Notes under the pieces: generated by a model
The model's database searches: none
What the model was told of the DNA's origin: nothing
What the model saw: only the letters and a program-made list of their open reading frames with translations
Part shown: positions 37,900 to 51,571 of the stretch, piece after piece
How the letters are laid out: each line of letters starts with the position of its first letter
Numbering within the stretch: position 1 is the first letter of the stretch
Position numbers and translations under genes: made by a program
Origin: Mobula hypostoma
Lineage: Eukaryota
Reading direction: 5' to 3'
NCBI RefSeq assembly: GCF_963921235.1
Contig: NC_086108.1
Span: 72,604,001-72,668,000, forward strand
Length of the DNA stretch: 64,000 nucleotides

Positions 37900-38825
37900 A
37901 CTTGTCAAGTCAAGTTTATTGTCATTTAACTATATACATGTAGACAACATATGATGTATGCAGAAACAAGACAATGTTTCTTCGAACCACGCTGTTAAGC
38001 ATAGTAGTACACATAACACACATAGCACATGATAACTTATGAAGGTAAGGATAAAATCTATAGAAGATCACACATAACTAACAAAGTGCATTAATATTAA
38101 ATATTGTAAGGTACGGAACAGATTAACCAGTGACACGTTGAATACTATGCAGCAGGGAGTTCAGAAGCCCGTACTTGTTTTTATGCATCGGAGTCTCCTG
38201 CCTGATGGTAGAAAGTCCAAGAGGATGCTGGATGGATGGGCAGGATCCTTAATAATATTAAGGGCCCTGTATATGCAGTGCTCCTGATAAATGTCCCCGA
38301 TGGATGGTAGGGAGACCCCTTATGATCCTCCAAGCTGTTCTCACCGTCCTTTGTCGGGTCTTCTGGTCCAATGCTCGACAGCTCCCATACCAACTTATCA
38401 GGATGCCTTCAATGACGAGGGGTGTGTAATCCATGTCTCAACATTGAACCTCTGATTCACCGGCACACTTCAATTTCACTGCGCTGATAACTGTTCCTGA
38501 ACCTGGTGATGAGGGTCCTGACACTCCTGTACCCACCTTCCTGATGGCAGCAGCAAGATGAGAGCATGGTCTGGGTGGTGGTGGTCCTTAATCATGGATG
38601 TTGCTTTCCTACAATAGCGCTCCATCTAGATGTGCTCAACGGTAGGGTGGGCTATACTCGTGATGGACTGGGCCATATCCACTATTTTTTGTAAGATTTT
38701 CTGTTTAAGAGCATTGGTGTTTTCATACCAGGCTGCGATGCAACCAGACAATATATTCTCCACCACACATCTGTAACAGTTCATCAAAGTTTTAGATGTC
38801 ATACTTCAGAAACTTCTAAGGACGT
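37900..38825 (-). mobile_element. Two adjacent Rex1/Babar 3' fragments
   Basis: Tail 'caagtcaagtttattgtc' at ~37905; ORF2 C-terminal remnants; a second fragment spans ~38480-38820. Confidence 0.75.
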
Positions 38826-40079
38826 CTGTCTAATTCCATTGCTAGGCAATGTTTCATGCCTTAGACAGATATCTTGAGACTCCAGTCTTTATCAAACACC
38901 AATGGCATTAATTGCTAGCCTTATGCCATTTGATATGTCAAAAATAATATTCCGAGTACACAGGCAGATATTGGAAATTTCATCACTGTGATTTGCCTTT
39001 CTTGATTGAAACATGTTTTATTTGGACCAACCAGCTCTTTGCCATGCATCCTTTTTCTATTCAGAAAGCAGGGCAGGCAGAACACCTTTTCTCCAAGCCT
39101 CATGACAATGCTTTATAAAGCTGAACCATCCTCTGAGAATGTGTGCTTCCATGTGGTTGGCAATAGTAAAAAGTCCTTCTCAATTTTCCAGATTGTTAGT
39201 GAATTATGCTGTTATCTAACAAGCTTAGAAGTACTGTTGCAATCCCAATAGCAACAGAATCAGCACTGTGCAGTTGTTAAAATCTTGAGATAATACTTGA
39301 ATTTATATAGCATCTTATCAAATCCAGCTGTCACAAACCTGCTATTGAAACATCTTGGTGTAGTTCTCCATATTTAAGGTTCTGTGTGCCTGAAAGTTGT
39401 TTTTATTTCTGATGCTCAATGACTGTTGTTTCAAGGGAGTAATTTCTTCTACACGTGTTGATATATGCAACAAAAGAGAATGTTACTTATCAGCAAGGTA
39501 AAACACTTCATCATATCCATATCCATATTTTTGCTACAAAATATTCTAGTCAACTTTACAATGTTGGAAACCAGTTCTGCTATGATTCCCCTGTCCAACA
39601 GGATGACTGTATATCCATACACACAGGTACACAGACCACTGATCTAAGACAGCTATCCTTCTTCCCTTAAAAGGAAAATGTACAGTTTTCACAGTTATAA
39701 CCAGCTTTCCCTTTCAGATCAAGAACAGCAATACATCTAGTTTAGTAGTTACAGACTTTGATTGCACAAGTTTTTGGACTTTTTTGTTCTGGGTTTGAAC
39801 TCCCAGAAGCTTATGTTTCCTCCTTTGTGCTTGCTTTTGAATTAGTGTTTTACTTCCCAGAATCTGCACTAGTTCCAAATCAAACACAATTTCATGATCG
39901 TATGGCTCACTATTCAGACTAGTTTCCCCTCTGGCATATACAGTCACAAATTAAAATTCTCAGTTAAATTGATCAAAATTCCTGGTTGTAATCTTATTTA
40001 TGTGAACGAAGGGTTTGGAGCTGAATACTTTTTAAGGCACTGTATATGAACACAGAAGAGAGAACAGTTGTCTTTATGT

Positions 40080-42690
40080 TCAGTATACCCATGATGACTG
40101 TACCAAACATGATGACAATTTAACTAATCACTTCTACTTGGATATGATCCATATCCCGCTAATCTCTGCATATTCACGTGCCTACCTAATAACTCCTTGA
40201 ACACCACTAATCTATCTGCCCCTGCCGCCACTCCTGGCAGTGCATTCCAGGCACTTAACCATCCTCTGGGTAAAAATAATTACCCTACATACACTCATAT
40301 TTCAACCCCCCGCCATCCCCCCCCCCCCCACATCTTAAAGCTATGAACCTACGCCCTTTAGTATTCGGCATTTCTACTCCGGGGCTAAAGAATCTGGCTA
40401 TCAATGCCTCTCCTAATTTAACAAACCTCTATCAGGTCTCCCCTCAGCCTGGAGAAAAAATCTGTGTTTAACCATTCCTTATAGATCAGACTTCCAATCC
40501 AGGTAGCTTCTGGATAACCTCTTCAAAGCCTTCACATCCTTTCTGTAATCGAGTGACCAGAACTCCCGGTGATATTCCAAGTGCATCCTAACCATAATTT
40601 TCATACATCTTCATGGCTTTGTGACTCTTGTATGTTATGTTTCTGACACTTAAAAGACAATCGTATTATATGCCTCCTCTACCTCTCTATCTCCTTGTGT
40701 TGCCACTTGTTAAGAGCAATGGACTTGAACCCATGATCCATCTCTACGTCAATGCTGTCAAAGATCTTGCCGTTAACGGTATACTTTTCCATTGCATGTG
40801 ACCTGTCAGAGAGCAACTTAGCCATATCAAACTCCAACAAATATTTTTCTGCTCGTATCTATGTCCTGTTGTATACTTTGACGATGATCTTCATTCTCTA
40901 CAACTCCACCTCTGCAAGCTTACTAACCAACTCATTACATTTTCATCCAAGACTCTGGAGATCCCAACAATGATCCCTGCAGAACACCACTAGTCACATC
41001 TATCCAACCAGAATAACACTTTTCCGCAATTAACCTGTTTTCTATGGACAAGTCAATTTTGTCTAAAATATCTAGTCACCATGCATCCTAATGCTTCTGA
41101 TCAACCTTCCATGAGAGTCCTTGTCAAATACTTTAGTAAAGTCCATGTAGACAATGTCCATTTCCCTCACCTCATCAAGCGCATAAGGCTTCAAAGAAAC
41201 TCACTCAAGTTTGTAAGACATGACCTGCTCTGTACAAAGCCATGTTGCTTGTCCCTAACAAGTCTATTTTCTAACAAGTTTGATTCCTAAGAATCCTCTC
41301 CAAAAGCTTCCCTACCACTGATGTACAGTTTACCAGCTGATAATTTAAGTTCCCTTCTTAATCAAATGAATATTGGTGACTCTCCAGACTTCCAGGACTT
41401 TACTAAAGCTAGAGAGAAAATAAAGATCTTCAGAAAGCCCCAAAGATTTCCTCATTTCTCTTCCTCAATAATCAGGATAGATCCAATCAGGCCCTGGGGA
41501 TTTATCCACCTTAATACTCTTCAAGAAACCCAACACCTTCTCCTTGATATCAAAATGCATTTGTGTATTAGAATACCCCACTCTGTCTCACTGTCCTCCA
41601 TGTCCTCAGTGAATGCCAACTTACCTGGTGCCTTGCTGGCATCCTCCGAGCCTAAGTGTAAATTCCCTGCCTTATTCTAGAGCAGTCCCACCCTCTTCTT
41701 AGTCACCCTCTTGTTCCTAATGTATGTTAAAAAAAAATGCCTTGGAATTCTCTTTAATCCCACTTACCAAGAATATTTCTTGACTCCCGTTGTCTCTTCT
41801 AATTCCTTGCTTGAGGTCTTTCTCACTTTCTTTATGTTCTTCAAAGGCCCTATCTAATTTCAACTTCCCGAAACTTACCAGAATCAGGTTTATAATCACT
41901 GCCACGTATCATGAAGTTTGTTGTTTAGTGGCAGCAGTACAGTGCACAAATAAAACATTTCTACAGGTTACAATAAGAAACAGTAAGTAGGGAGAGCAAA
42001 AAGTGCAGTATGTTTCCTTTCTCCTCGTGACAGAATTTACAACTTCGCTGGTCATCGGTTATCACTGTTGTCCTTCCCCCCCAAGTGGAGCATCAGTGTC
42101 CTGAACTCTGATCAGCAGGCCTTTAAATGACACCCATGTGTCAGATGTGAGTTTACCAAATAACTGCTGATGAATGCTGTGAGAGCACCTGCCCCCACTA
42201 GTTCCTCAAGTTGTGTGTTTAAGATTGCAACCATTGAGGGGAAAAAAGTTTTCCTCAGAGCCCCTCTAACCCTCTTGCCCCTCACCTTAAACCTATGCTC
42301 TCTGGTCTTAGACGTCACTACCAAGAGGAAAGTTCATTGCAGTCCACCCTCTCCATGCCTCTCACAATTTTGTACACTTCTATCAGTCCACAACCGCCCC
42401 CCAATGTGGAGTGTGCATTCCACACACTTATAACCATATAACAATATAACAATTACAGCACAGAAACAGGTCATCTCGGCCCTTCTAGTCCATGCCGAAC
42501 TTACTACTTACTACTGTCTGTTTTTTAAAAAAAATTACATCTGACAACTCCCTATACTTTCCTCCATTTATCTTAAAGTTATGCCCCCTGGGATGTGCCA
42601 TTTCCCGCCTGGGAAAGAAAATATCTGGCTATCCACTCTATCATCTTATATAGTACACCTCTATCATGTCTCCTTTCATCCATGTTTATT
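40080..42690 (-). mobile_element. Cluster of degraded CR1 fragments with a short Rex-type tail (~41880-42010)
   Basis: CR1 RT remnants ('gactttactaaagtatttgacaagg' on minus), peptides 'IKENSKAFF' and 'SKTREHRFKVRGKR', and a tail at ~42432. Confidence 0.8.
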
Positions 42691-43009
42691 CCCCACATAG
42701 ATACTGCCCGATTTACTGAGTTCCTCCAGCATTTTGTATGTTTTGATCTTTAAGGAAAGCCATTCATGGCACATGAAGATATGTTCATTTCCTCTGGCCC
42801 AGTCTTCATCATGACTATTATCTTCTTACAGTCACATTGTTTTTGCCTGCATTATGTCTGTTTCTCCTTTAGCCTCCAGGATATTGGTCACTCTAAATAA
42901 CATATCTGTTAGTTTGACGAACTGTCAAACATGTTGGTCATTTCATGCACCCAGTCAAGATAATTATATTGTCCAACTCACACATTTATATATGTCATTT
43001 GATTGATGG

Positions 43010-43543
43010 GTCCATTGGAACACAACTGCCTTTGAACAGAAAATCCTACAAAAAGTAGTGGATTTGGCCCTATACATAACGGGTAAACCCCTCCCACCCA
43101 TTGAGCACATCTACGTGAAATGTTGCTGTAGAAAAGCAGCATCCATCATCAAATATCCTCACCACTCAGGCCATGCTCTTTTCTCAGTGCAGCTATCAGG
43201 TAGAAGGCAAAGGTCCTCAGGACTCACACCACCAGGTTCAAGAACAGTTACTACTCAACCATCAGGCTCTTGAACAAAAGAGAATAATTGCACACATCAA
43301 TTGAGATGTTCCCACAACCAATGATCTCACTTTAAAGACTCCTGATCTTATTACTTCATGCCCTCATTATTTATCACTATTTATTTATATTTGCATTTCA
43401 CCAGTTTGTTGTCTTCTATGCCCTTGCTGTTCATTGATCCTGTTTACAGTTACTATTCTATAGATTTGCAGGTAAAGGAATCTCAGGATTGTATGTGGTG
43501 ACGACATGTATCCAACCTGATAATAAACTTTACATTCAACTTT
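43010..43543 (+). mobile_element. Rex1/Babar 3' fragment
   Basis: Peptide 'LPPIEHIYVKCCCRKAASIIKYPHHSGHALF'; same family as 10574-11165; tail 'aataaactttacattcaacttt'. Confidence 0.9.
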
Positions 43544-44088
43544 GCGTCCCTTGCCATTATTGGTCCTTGTGCTTTACACTCTAGTTACATGCCTAAGACA
43601 AGCAAGGTTCCATCTGAGTAGTTGCAGAAAATCACCACAGAAACTTGATGCTACATTGTCACTTAAACCCAGCCACTGTGAATTATGAGTGTCCTTCAAA
43701 ATTCCTGAAAAACTCACACGGGATCCATTGCTGTTGACAATTTTATTTGCATTCATGAAACACATGGAGGCTTAGAATGCTGCTATCTAAAGAGGTCATT
43801 GTTTATTTGTAAGGTAAAACATTTGACCTATGTACAGGCTGAAATTTCAAGCTTCTGTTACAGACTTAGTATTCCAGTCGTTGTTACTTTGTTTCAAAGC
43901 AGGATTTCCGGAAGATTTTGCAGAACCCACAGGATGCCCATATGCGTCGATACACAGATAGATACACTGTCATAGCAAGATATTGGATGTATACAATGAA
44001 GCTAAAGTCAAATAGGAAAGTTAGCTAGCACAAGAGAGCACTGTTGATATTCTTGGAGTACAATGCCAGAATGTGATAGAGAAATTTC

Positions 44089-44370
44089 TTTTTTTTTAAA
44101 ATTTTATTTTTATTTGGATAAGGAGTTCACAATTATCATGTACTTTTTTCACACATATAACCTTTTCCATTTTTTTATATGTATAAAACTACAATTATTT
44201 ATACATTCTTAAGTACACATTGAGATGATATAAAAGCAAAATAAACATTTAAATAGATAATTATGTACTGTGGTAAATCTAACCTATTAGGCTAAGTAAT
44301 GAAATTAGTTGTTAAGAAAAATGGTAATAATAGTTTCCATACAACCCTTCTGGACCATTTCCACTGGTTC
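44089..44370 (-). mobile_element. Poly(A)-tailed retroposon 3' end (L1/Tx1-like?)
   Basis: T-run at the left end with AATAAA just upstream on the minus strand; AT-rich UTR-like body. Confidence 0.5.
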
Positions 44371-44562
44371 TCAAGGAGACGTTGGATTGTGCATTATTAG
44401 GCACATGTCAAGAGCCAATAAAAAGAAGTTAAGTTTAAGCAGAGTGGCCATTGTGTGAGTGGGCCAGTGTTAGAGTGGAGAGGTTGAGCTTTGGTTCTTA
44501 GAGACTTCAACGAAGAGAAATAGAGGCTTTGTAGGTAGATTTTATTGGTTAGGATGTTACGT

Positions 44563-44862
44563 TTGTTTATTTATTTGGAGATACAGCATGGAATAGGCCT
44601 TTTCGGCCTTTCGAGTTGCACTGCCAGCAACCCGTGATTTAACCCTAGCCTAATCATGGGACAATTTACCATGACCAATTAACCTACTAACTGGTACGTC
44701 TTTGGACTGTGGGAGGAAACTGGAGCACCCAGAGGAAACTCAAGTGGTCACAGGGAGGACATCCAATCTCCTTACAGAGGACACTGGGATTGAACTCTGA
44801 ACTTCCCTCTGTCCTCCCCCCCCCGCCCGAGCTGTATTAGCATTGCGCTAACCGCTACGTTA
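44563..44862 (-). mobile_element. V-SINE (HE1-like), near full length
   Basis: V-domain 'gtctttggactgtgggaggaaactggagcacccagaggaaac', tRNA-like head at the right end, and an A-rich repeat tail. Confidence 0.85.
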
Positions 44863-44899
44863 CTTGCATAAGACATAGGCCCAATTTGGAGTTTCTGAG

Positions 44900-45150
44900 C
44901 AGTTAAGGGTAAAAGATGAAACGCTTAAGGGGAACATGAAGGGAAACCTCTTCACTCGGAAGATGGTGATGGTGTGGAACCAGCTGCCAGTAGAAGTGGC
45001 GGATGCAGGTTTGATTTCAAATTTGGAGAGGTACATGGATAGGAGGGATATGGAAGGTTGATGCAGGTTAATGGGACGTGGGAGGTTAATAGATCAGCAT
45101 GGACTAAATTGGCCAAAGGGTCTATTTCTGTGCTGTAATGTTCTAAGATT
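44900..45150 (+). mobile_element. CR1 3' fragment
   Basis: 'ttcactcggaagatggtgatggtgtggaaccagctgcc' plus a CR1-type 3' UTR. Confidence 0.75.
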
Positions 45151-46721
45151 CAAATTTCAAACTAAGTTCAAAATGTAATGCCAAGACTTTGCTTCAGCTG
45201 GAGCAAGTTAAAATGAATATAGCTCCCTATAAAGAAATATTCTCGTTCCACTAATGTGGATTGTCTGACTCCTGCTAAAGCTTTCCTTTTCGCCCATTTA
45301 GCTCTCTTGCTCTAATTTGTACACTTGCCATATTGTCCTTTGAAGGCAAGAATGCTAGGAATTCAATTAATGTGCTTTGCAGCAAAATTTGGATATTTAG
45401 ATCTCTTCTTCATTGCGGGCAGAAAAGCTGGAATCTGGAGAGTTTAAGCCTTAGGAGTGATGAAGTTAAATGCACTGTACGTTCCGTCAAGCAGAGAACA
45501 GCCAGCTCTGAAGAGCAAGGAGCAGGGTCATTATGGAGTATGCGTCACTACTGAGTACAGTTTGAACTTCTGTAAGAACACTCAGGCATGTTCTGTTAGA
45601 TACTCAAGTTATTGGTGCGTACCGAGTACAAACTGCTTGTTAGTTCTTGCCACCATCTTTCAAGTAACTTCCCCTAAAATGACAGACCTTTTTTTCTTTG
45701 AGAGGTCACAATAAATATTCCCAAAAATCTGTGTTTTACATTTTTGCCACAAAACTGTTTGCTTCACCTAATCAAATTCCTGAAGGAATTGGGTAAGTGT
45801 CTTAAATGATGCATCCAGTGACATGACAGTGAATTCACTAGGATGTGATAAAGCTTTGGAAAACATTGCAAGCATACAAATACAACACAGAAAGAGCTCG
45901 TTCGGCCCTTCAGTTTATCCCATGCCTTTATTACTTGTATTTGCACAAACCTCTATTGTGTTAAATTGTTTCTCATTTGTTCCCAGAATGAATTACATTT
46001 GATAATACTGGTTATTTCTCTACATTTATGGAGTTGTTGATATTTAATGACTTATTATCCAAGCAAATCATAAAGTTTCCCAATACTTGGCATTGCCTTC
46101 GACGTCCATAAAGTTTGATGCCAGTGTTTTAAACTGACTGTAAATTTTAACCACAGACAACCTGTTTAAGTTTGTGTTGGGGTTGGTGAAAGAACATTAG
46201 CAGGAGTGTGAGAATGTTTATAAACTGAATAAAATTTGTCTTGTGTTCCCTCTGCCATCTCCACTCTAACACCTGCTTTTTCCAGTCAAGCACCTGATGT
46301 GGTTTGAGGTTGCTGTGACATGTGTGCATGGAACATAAGGAGCATTATTTTTCACCGGGCATGTGTAAAGTAAAAACTTCATAATGTATGTTCTCTCCTG
46401 GTTACAACAGGGTTTGGTCCGTGACAGTGGTATATAACACAGACATTTTGCAGACTCCCAGCATTATACTTAAATATAAAAAATAGGCCTTCCAAGTACA
46501 ACATGTCAGTTGAACCGCGAGATTTTGCTCATCCTTTCTGATTACTCTGCAAGATGCAATGATGTTGCTGAGAACTGAGTGTCCACATGTCAGAAGATGT
46601 TTGCAGCTCTACAACAGCAGGCAACTGCATCCCCCCCCCCCCACCCCCCGGTTCATATGTGTGGGCTGTCCATAAGTTAGGCAGTCATAAAATTGAGAGA
46701 ACCAGTAAAAGCAAAGGTTTG

Positions 46722-47375
46722 TTAGAAACATAGAAAACCTACAGCACAATACAGTCCCTTCGGCCCACAAAGCTGTGCCGAACATGTCCTTACCTTAGAA
46801 CTACCTCAGCTTACCCATAGCCCTCTATTTTTCTATGCTTCATGTATCCATCCAGGAGTCTCTTAAAAAATCCTATCGTTTCTGCCTCCACCACTGCCGC
46901 CAGCAGCCCATTCCATGTACTCACCACTCTCTGCATAAAAAAATTTACCCCTGACATTTCCTCTGTACCTACTTCCAAGCACCTTAAAACTGTGCCCTCT
47001 CGTGCTAGCTGCTTCAGCCCTGGGAAAAAGCCTCTGACTATCCACACGATCAATGCCTCTCATCATCTTATACACCTCTTTCGGGTCACCTCTCATCCTC
47101 CATCGCTCCAAGGAAAAAAGGCCATGTTCACTTCACCTATTCTCATAAGGCATGCTCCCCAATCCAGGCAACATCCTTGTAAATCTCCTCTCCACCCTTT
47201 CTATGGTTTCCACTTCCTTCTTGTAGTGAGCCAACCAGAACTGAGCACAGTACTCCAAGTGGGACCTGACCAGGGTCCTATATAGCTGCAACATTACCCC
47301 TCGGCTCTTAAACTCAGTCCCATGGTTGACGAAGGCCAATGAACTGTATACTTTCTTAACCACAGAGTCAACCTG
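46722..47375 (-). mobile_element. CR1 LINE 3' fragment
   Basis: Peptides 'LQLYRTLVRSHLEYCAQFW...IERVERRFTRMLPGL' and 'RGDPKEVYKMMRGIDRVD'; tail 'tagaaacatagaaaac'. Confidence 0.95.
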
Positions 47376-48147
47376 AATATCAAAGAACAAATGGACAATT
47401 TCATTATTATGGATTGTGGCTGAAAAAACTGCTCGTGTATTCCATGCTTCTCTCCTTCCCCCTTTAAGATCACAAAGTTCAATTTGCATTCAATGTAATT
47501 CCATCTCCCGGGTTTCAATAGCCACTCCACTAGCCTCTCTACCCCACAGCACCATCACCATAGCCTTCTCAACAGGTCTGTGCAACAGCCTTGACATCGT
47601 TCTGATGTTTGTTTGGATTAGTACAACAGGTTTTACTAGGCTGTTGAGATTGTTTTAAATAAAAAATCAAACAGCAGAAGACTTGCATTTACAGGAACAG
47701 AAATCATTAATTTCAGTATTCCATGATGCATTAACATTAATATACAGTCATTATTGTCTGCCCATAACAAAACACAAATCAGAATTCAAGTTGCAACCAT
47801 CCTGGTTTCTATCCACTGGTATAACCAGCCAGGTATATGATGAAGGATGCAGCCTTCAAGCACAAAAATAACTTGAATTCAAATTTTTCAAAGTTTTGCT
47901 TACATAGAAAGTTATTTCACCAAGTATGACCATGAAATTTAAACTTGTGTGTGAAGTTTTTAAATCATTTTGTTGAATGGCAGTCCTTGAAAGCTAAATA
48001 CCAGCAGAGACTACTGGAAATATAAGGGAAATCAGGGAAAGGATGGAGGGAGGTGTGTGCGGACAAAGAGTGGTGGTAATGGGACAGAAGGAAAGTGACT
48101 CTAGAGGTGTGGATGGATGCAGCAGAAATATTGGCTTAAATCAACCA

Positions 48148-48214
48148 GGCCTCAGACTTTCAGTCTGTAGCTACATGTATGCTGCTTGTAGCTACAGACT
48201 GAAATTCTGAGGCC
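48148..48214. repeat. Near-perfect inverted repeat (28-bp arms, 11-nt spacer)
   Basis: GGCCTCAGACTTTCAGTCTGTAGCTACA / TGTAGCTACAGACTGAAATTCTGAGGCC; 27 of 28 positions complementary. Confidence 0.95.
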
Positions 48215-48729
48215 AAGTCATTTCCTGTGCCCTCTCTCTGGGCTATCCTTCACTTCTGGATCTTGTCACTCAGATCCTGCATTAGATTAGATGCTGACCC
48301 CAATTATTTCAGTGGGGATTGTTGACCTGTAGATTGAGGTGAAAGGGAAAGTTTCTACTTTCATTTACTTTGGTTTAGTTTAATGTTTTAATTATTTCTG
48401 TGCTTTTCCATGTGTTTAAACGTTTTTTAAATGTTTGCAAATTGTACCTTGATTATTTATTTCAATTTTAGTTGGTTGACGTGTCTCTGAAAGTCATGTA
48501 ATGAGAATTAGTGGTAATTTTGACAGAGGGCACAGATTTGCTCTCAGACATGGGTATCAGGAGCAAGAACAAAGTCCGCCATGTTGTTGCTCCGTGCTCC
48601 ATGCTGCTAGAGAAAAGGTTACAGGGGCAGAGGGCCAGTGTGCTTGGGCTTCCACATCTGGCTCAGGTAGGCATGGAGACGCAAAAACAGTTGGTGATAA
48701 TTCTGAGCCACCGACCTGTCCATCTATTA

Positions 48730-50020
48730 TCTGACATATTTGACATCTCAGTGTTGACTTTGGATGGCTGTATTGTGCAGGTTTAGAAGGTGAGGTACTG
48801 TTTCTAGAACATCCATTGAGCTTCTCTGGAAAAGTGCAGAAGACTGGGAATGTAGTTTAGAATTCATCTGTGACTGAGCAGAGAATCAAGAATGAATGGT
48901 GGTTGTAAGCTTAGGGTCATACTTAGAGACTAAAAGGTGATATTCTGCAAAAGAGTTGTCCAGTCTCCAATTAAAGTATCCAAAACAATGACTATAGCAC
49001 ACTAGGCTGAGGAAGCACAAGGAAGATAAGGAGGGAGGAGAAGATGGTGGCGCAACGAAGCACGCATGGCCGTTCTGAATTGATATCGATCGGATTTGAT
49101 GGAGACAGCCGTGAGAAGCACAGAGGAACATCTGGAGTAACTTCTGAAATGCCCGCTTTGCTGCCGCTGCTACTGTGCAATCGAGAATCTCTGGGAGGAA
49201 GGCCCCAAATCCTTGGCTTTGCCTATTGCCTGTTGCCGGGGTCGGGGTCGAAGCGCTCGGCAGAGATGGTGCTCAGTGCTCGGTGTTGGAGAGCTGGTCG
49301 GAGGCTTGGAGTTTTCGGACGGACTCAGGGTCGGACTGTGGTCGGATGCTTCCAGGATGCTGCATTGGCAAGTTGGCGGCGTTGGAGGTTTACCGTCTGC
49401 GTGAGATGATGGGACTTCCAAGAGACTTTGAGATTTTTACCGTGCCATGGTCTGTTCTTATCAAATTATGGTATTGCTTTGCCCTGTTGTAACTATATGT
49501 TATAATTATGTGGTTTTTGTTAGTTTTTTAAGTCGGTTTGTCATGTGTTTCTGTGATATCATTCTGGAAAAACGTTGTATCATTTCTTAATGCATACATT
49601 ACTAAATGACAATAAAAGAGGACTGCGTGTCCTCATAATCTAATCTAATGGTTAATTCATCTGTACATAGTGCTTAGAGCCATTGGGAGTAGGGGAGGAG
49701 AGTCAGGAAGTGAATAGAAAGACTGGAGATGCTTGACAAGAGACAAGCATGATCAGCACTTCGGTGGGATGTGTTGATGTTGATTATGAAATCAGTGTCT
49801 CTATGGTGAAGAGGGTAGCTTTCTGCTGCAGGAAAGGAGACATGTAGGTACCATGCCGGAGGTGGAGAAATTACAGAGATCAGTCTGTTGCATGCGGCAG
49901 AAGATGAATGGTGTGTAGTGAGTACAAAAGGAGCCCTTTTGCACTTGGAGAGAGAGTGAGGAGTGGAAGCAGACGTGTGTGAAAAGAGGCTGAAACTATT
50001 GAGGGTTTTGTCAGTCACTC
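48730..50020 (-). mobile_element. Old Penelope-like fragment, interrupted at 49030-49649
   Basis: Minus strand at ~48750-48830 resembles the 'EAxxxLEEQHLIFxLxxLQP' region; related sequence resumes after 49650. Confidence 0.55.
49030..49649 (+). mobile_element. Non-coding CpG-rich retroelement with LINE-type tail
   Basis: Starts 'ggagggaggagAAGATGGTGG'; CpG-rich body; ends 'gacaataaaagagg...cataatctaatctaat'. Confidence 0.65.
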
Positions 50021-50558
50021 ACTTTAGCTGAAATTAGATCCATCAGCCAGTTTTAAACTGGAAAAGCACGGGCATGCAGCCAGAGGAGGAATGAAATCCT
50101 CCAGCCCTTTGTGCTGTGGAGTTGATGGTAATCAGCACAAGTAAAATAAAGCACTGACAAAGTCTGAACGCGTCAGGCTTAAGTGCTTTGGGGTATTACT
50201 CGAAAGCACTTTCCCACAGCTCTGAGATTTGCTGATGCAGCCAGAAGCCATTTGGTATTGGTATTTCATGTTTATCAACAGAAAACGTTAAAGAAAGGAC
50301 AGGATACTGGGAGTATGGATGGGGAAAAGTTAAACAGTAATATTTGCAACCAAAGGTCCTTTATATAAACTGTAGAAGATTGTGACAATAGTAAACAGTT
50401 CGGCCTAATGTTTGATTTGGAGAAGTATTTGCTCGTGGCAGGGACAGTGAGCAACATCTGCTTTCTCTTCGCCCACATTTACTGTAAGCCTCCATGAAGC
50501 AGACTGCTGAAGGCATCGCCTGCACATAAACCAAATTTCCCTCGGGATTAATAAAGTA

Positions 50559-50584
50559 TATCTATCTATCTATCTATCTATCTA
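50559..50584. repeat. (TATC)n microsatellite, tail of a short Rex-type 3' end
   Basis: Follows 'aatttccctcgggattaataaag'. Confidence 0.85.
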
Positions 50585-51571
50585 TATATGGGTAAATAAT
50601 TTATAGCATCCAAGTTAACATTTATCAAACTGAAATGAAAGTCAGAATTACAGTCATCCACACCACAAAGGGGGATATCTTTAACATTTTAACATCAACT
50701 ATTTTAGTGATGGCACCAAGGATCCTTGATTGATATTAATCCCACTGAAATACCTGATGGTGAACTGACTAATGCATGTATATACTAAAACATACATAAT
50801 AGGTAATTCTGATCATTATCAGCTCCTTTTCAGTCACTAGAAGAGCCATGGGGATTGAAGATAAGTGCGGGTGGGACTTTCTTGATGAATCGACATATTG
50901 ATAAAGGTAAGGGCAGTCCTTGAGAGTTTTGCTGCGGCAAATAATGTGGTGAAATAGGCCACCTAAGTACTGAAGCAGCACTTACGCCAGCTGGCCCACT
51001 CTGGAGGAGCCCTCCCATACCTTACAGAGAAAGGGTCGAATATTGGATGGTCTGCTGCGTGCTACACAGTCTCATTATTGTGGGGGCTCTGCCCTTGTCC
51101 CCAGCAGATTAGCAACGGCAGGGTGAAGGGGAGGGAGAGGACAAGGAACAAAGCACCCAGCTTCCTTTCTGGTTGTGCTATCCATGTGCAAGCCTCACTG
51201 AGACATTCATAAGTACAAACCCAGTTCCTTGTACTGTAGCTTCATAACTTCCCATAGACACCAAAGACAAAATCAGCATCGGGTTTAATATCACCAGCAT
51301 ATGACATGAAATTTGCTGTTTTTGTGGTAGCAATGGAAAAATAGACACCTCCCTAAAATAAAGCATCTACATTACAGCTATGGATGGAATCATGCCAAAC
51401 AGCATAAAACAGTTGGCCAAACACACTTAATCCCATTCTCCTCTGTGCCTTTCTCTGTCCTGGTGTTCCATAGCAATGCCATACTAGTGAATGCAGAGTA
51501 GCAGGTGGAAGGCTGCTGACTTCCAGTCGTGGAGACTGTAGAATAACTTTGAATCAAAATCAAGTTTATTA

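Noticed and set aside
45457..45554. C/D snoRNA-like boxes (GTGATGA...CTGA) with a 9-nt rRNA-complementary word
   Set aside because: No terminal stem, and the complementary word is short and not next to a D/D' box; compatible with chance.
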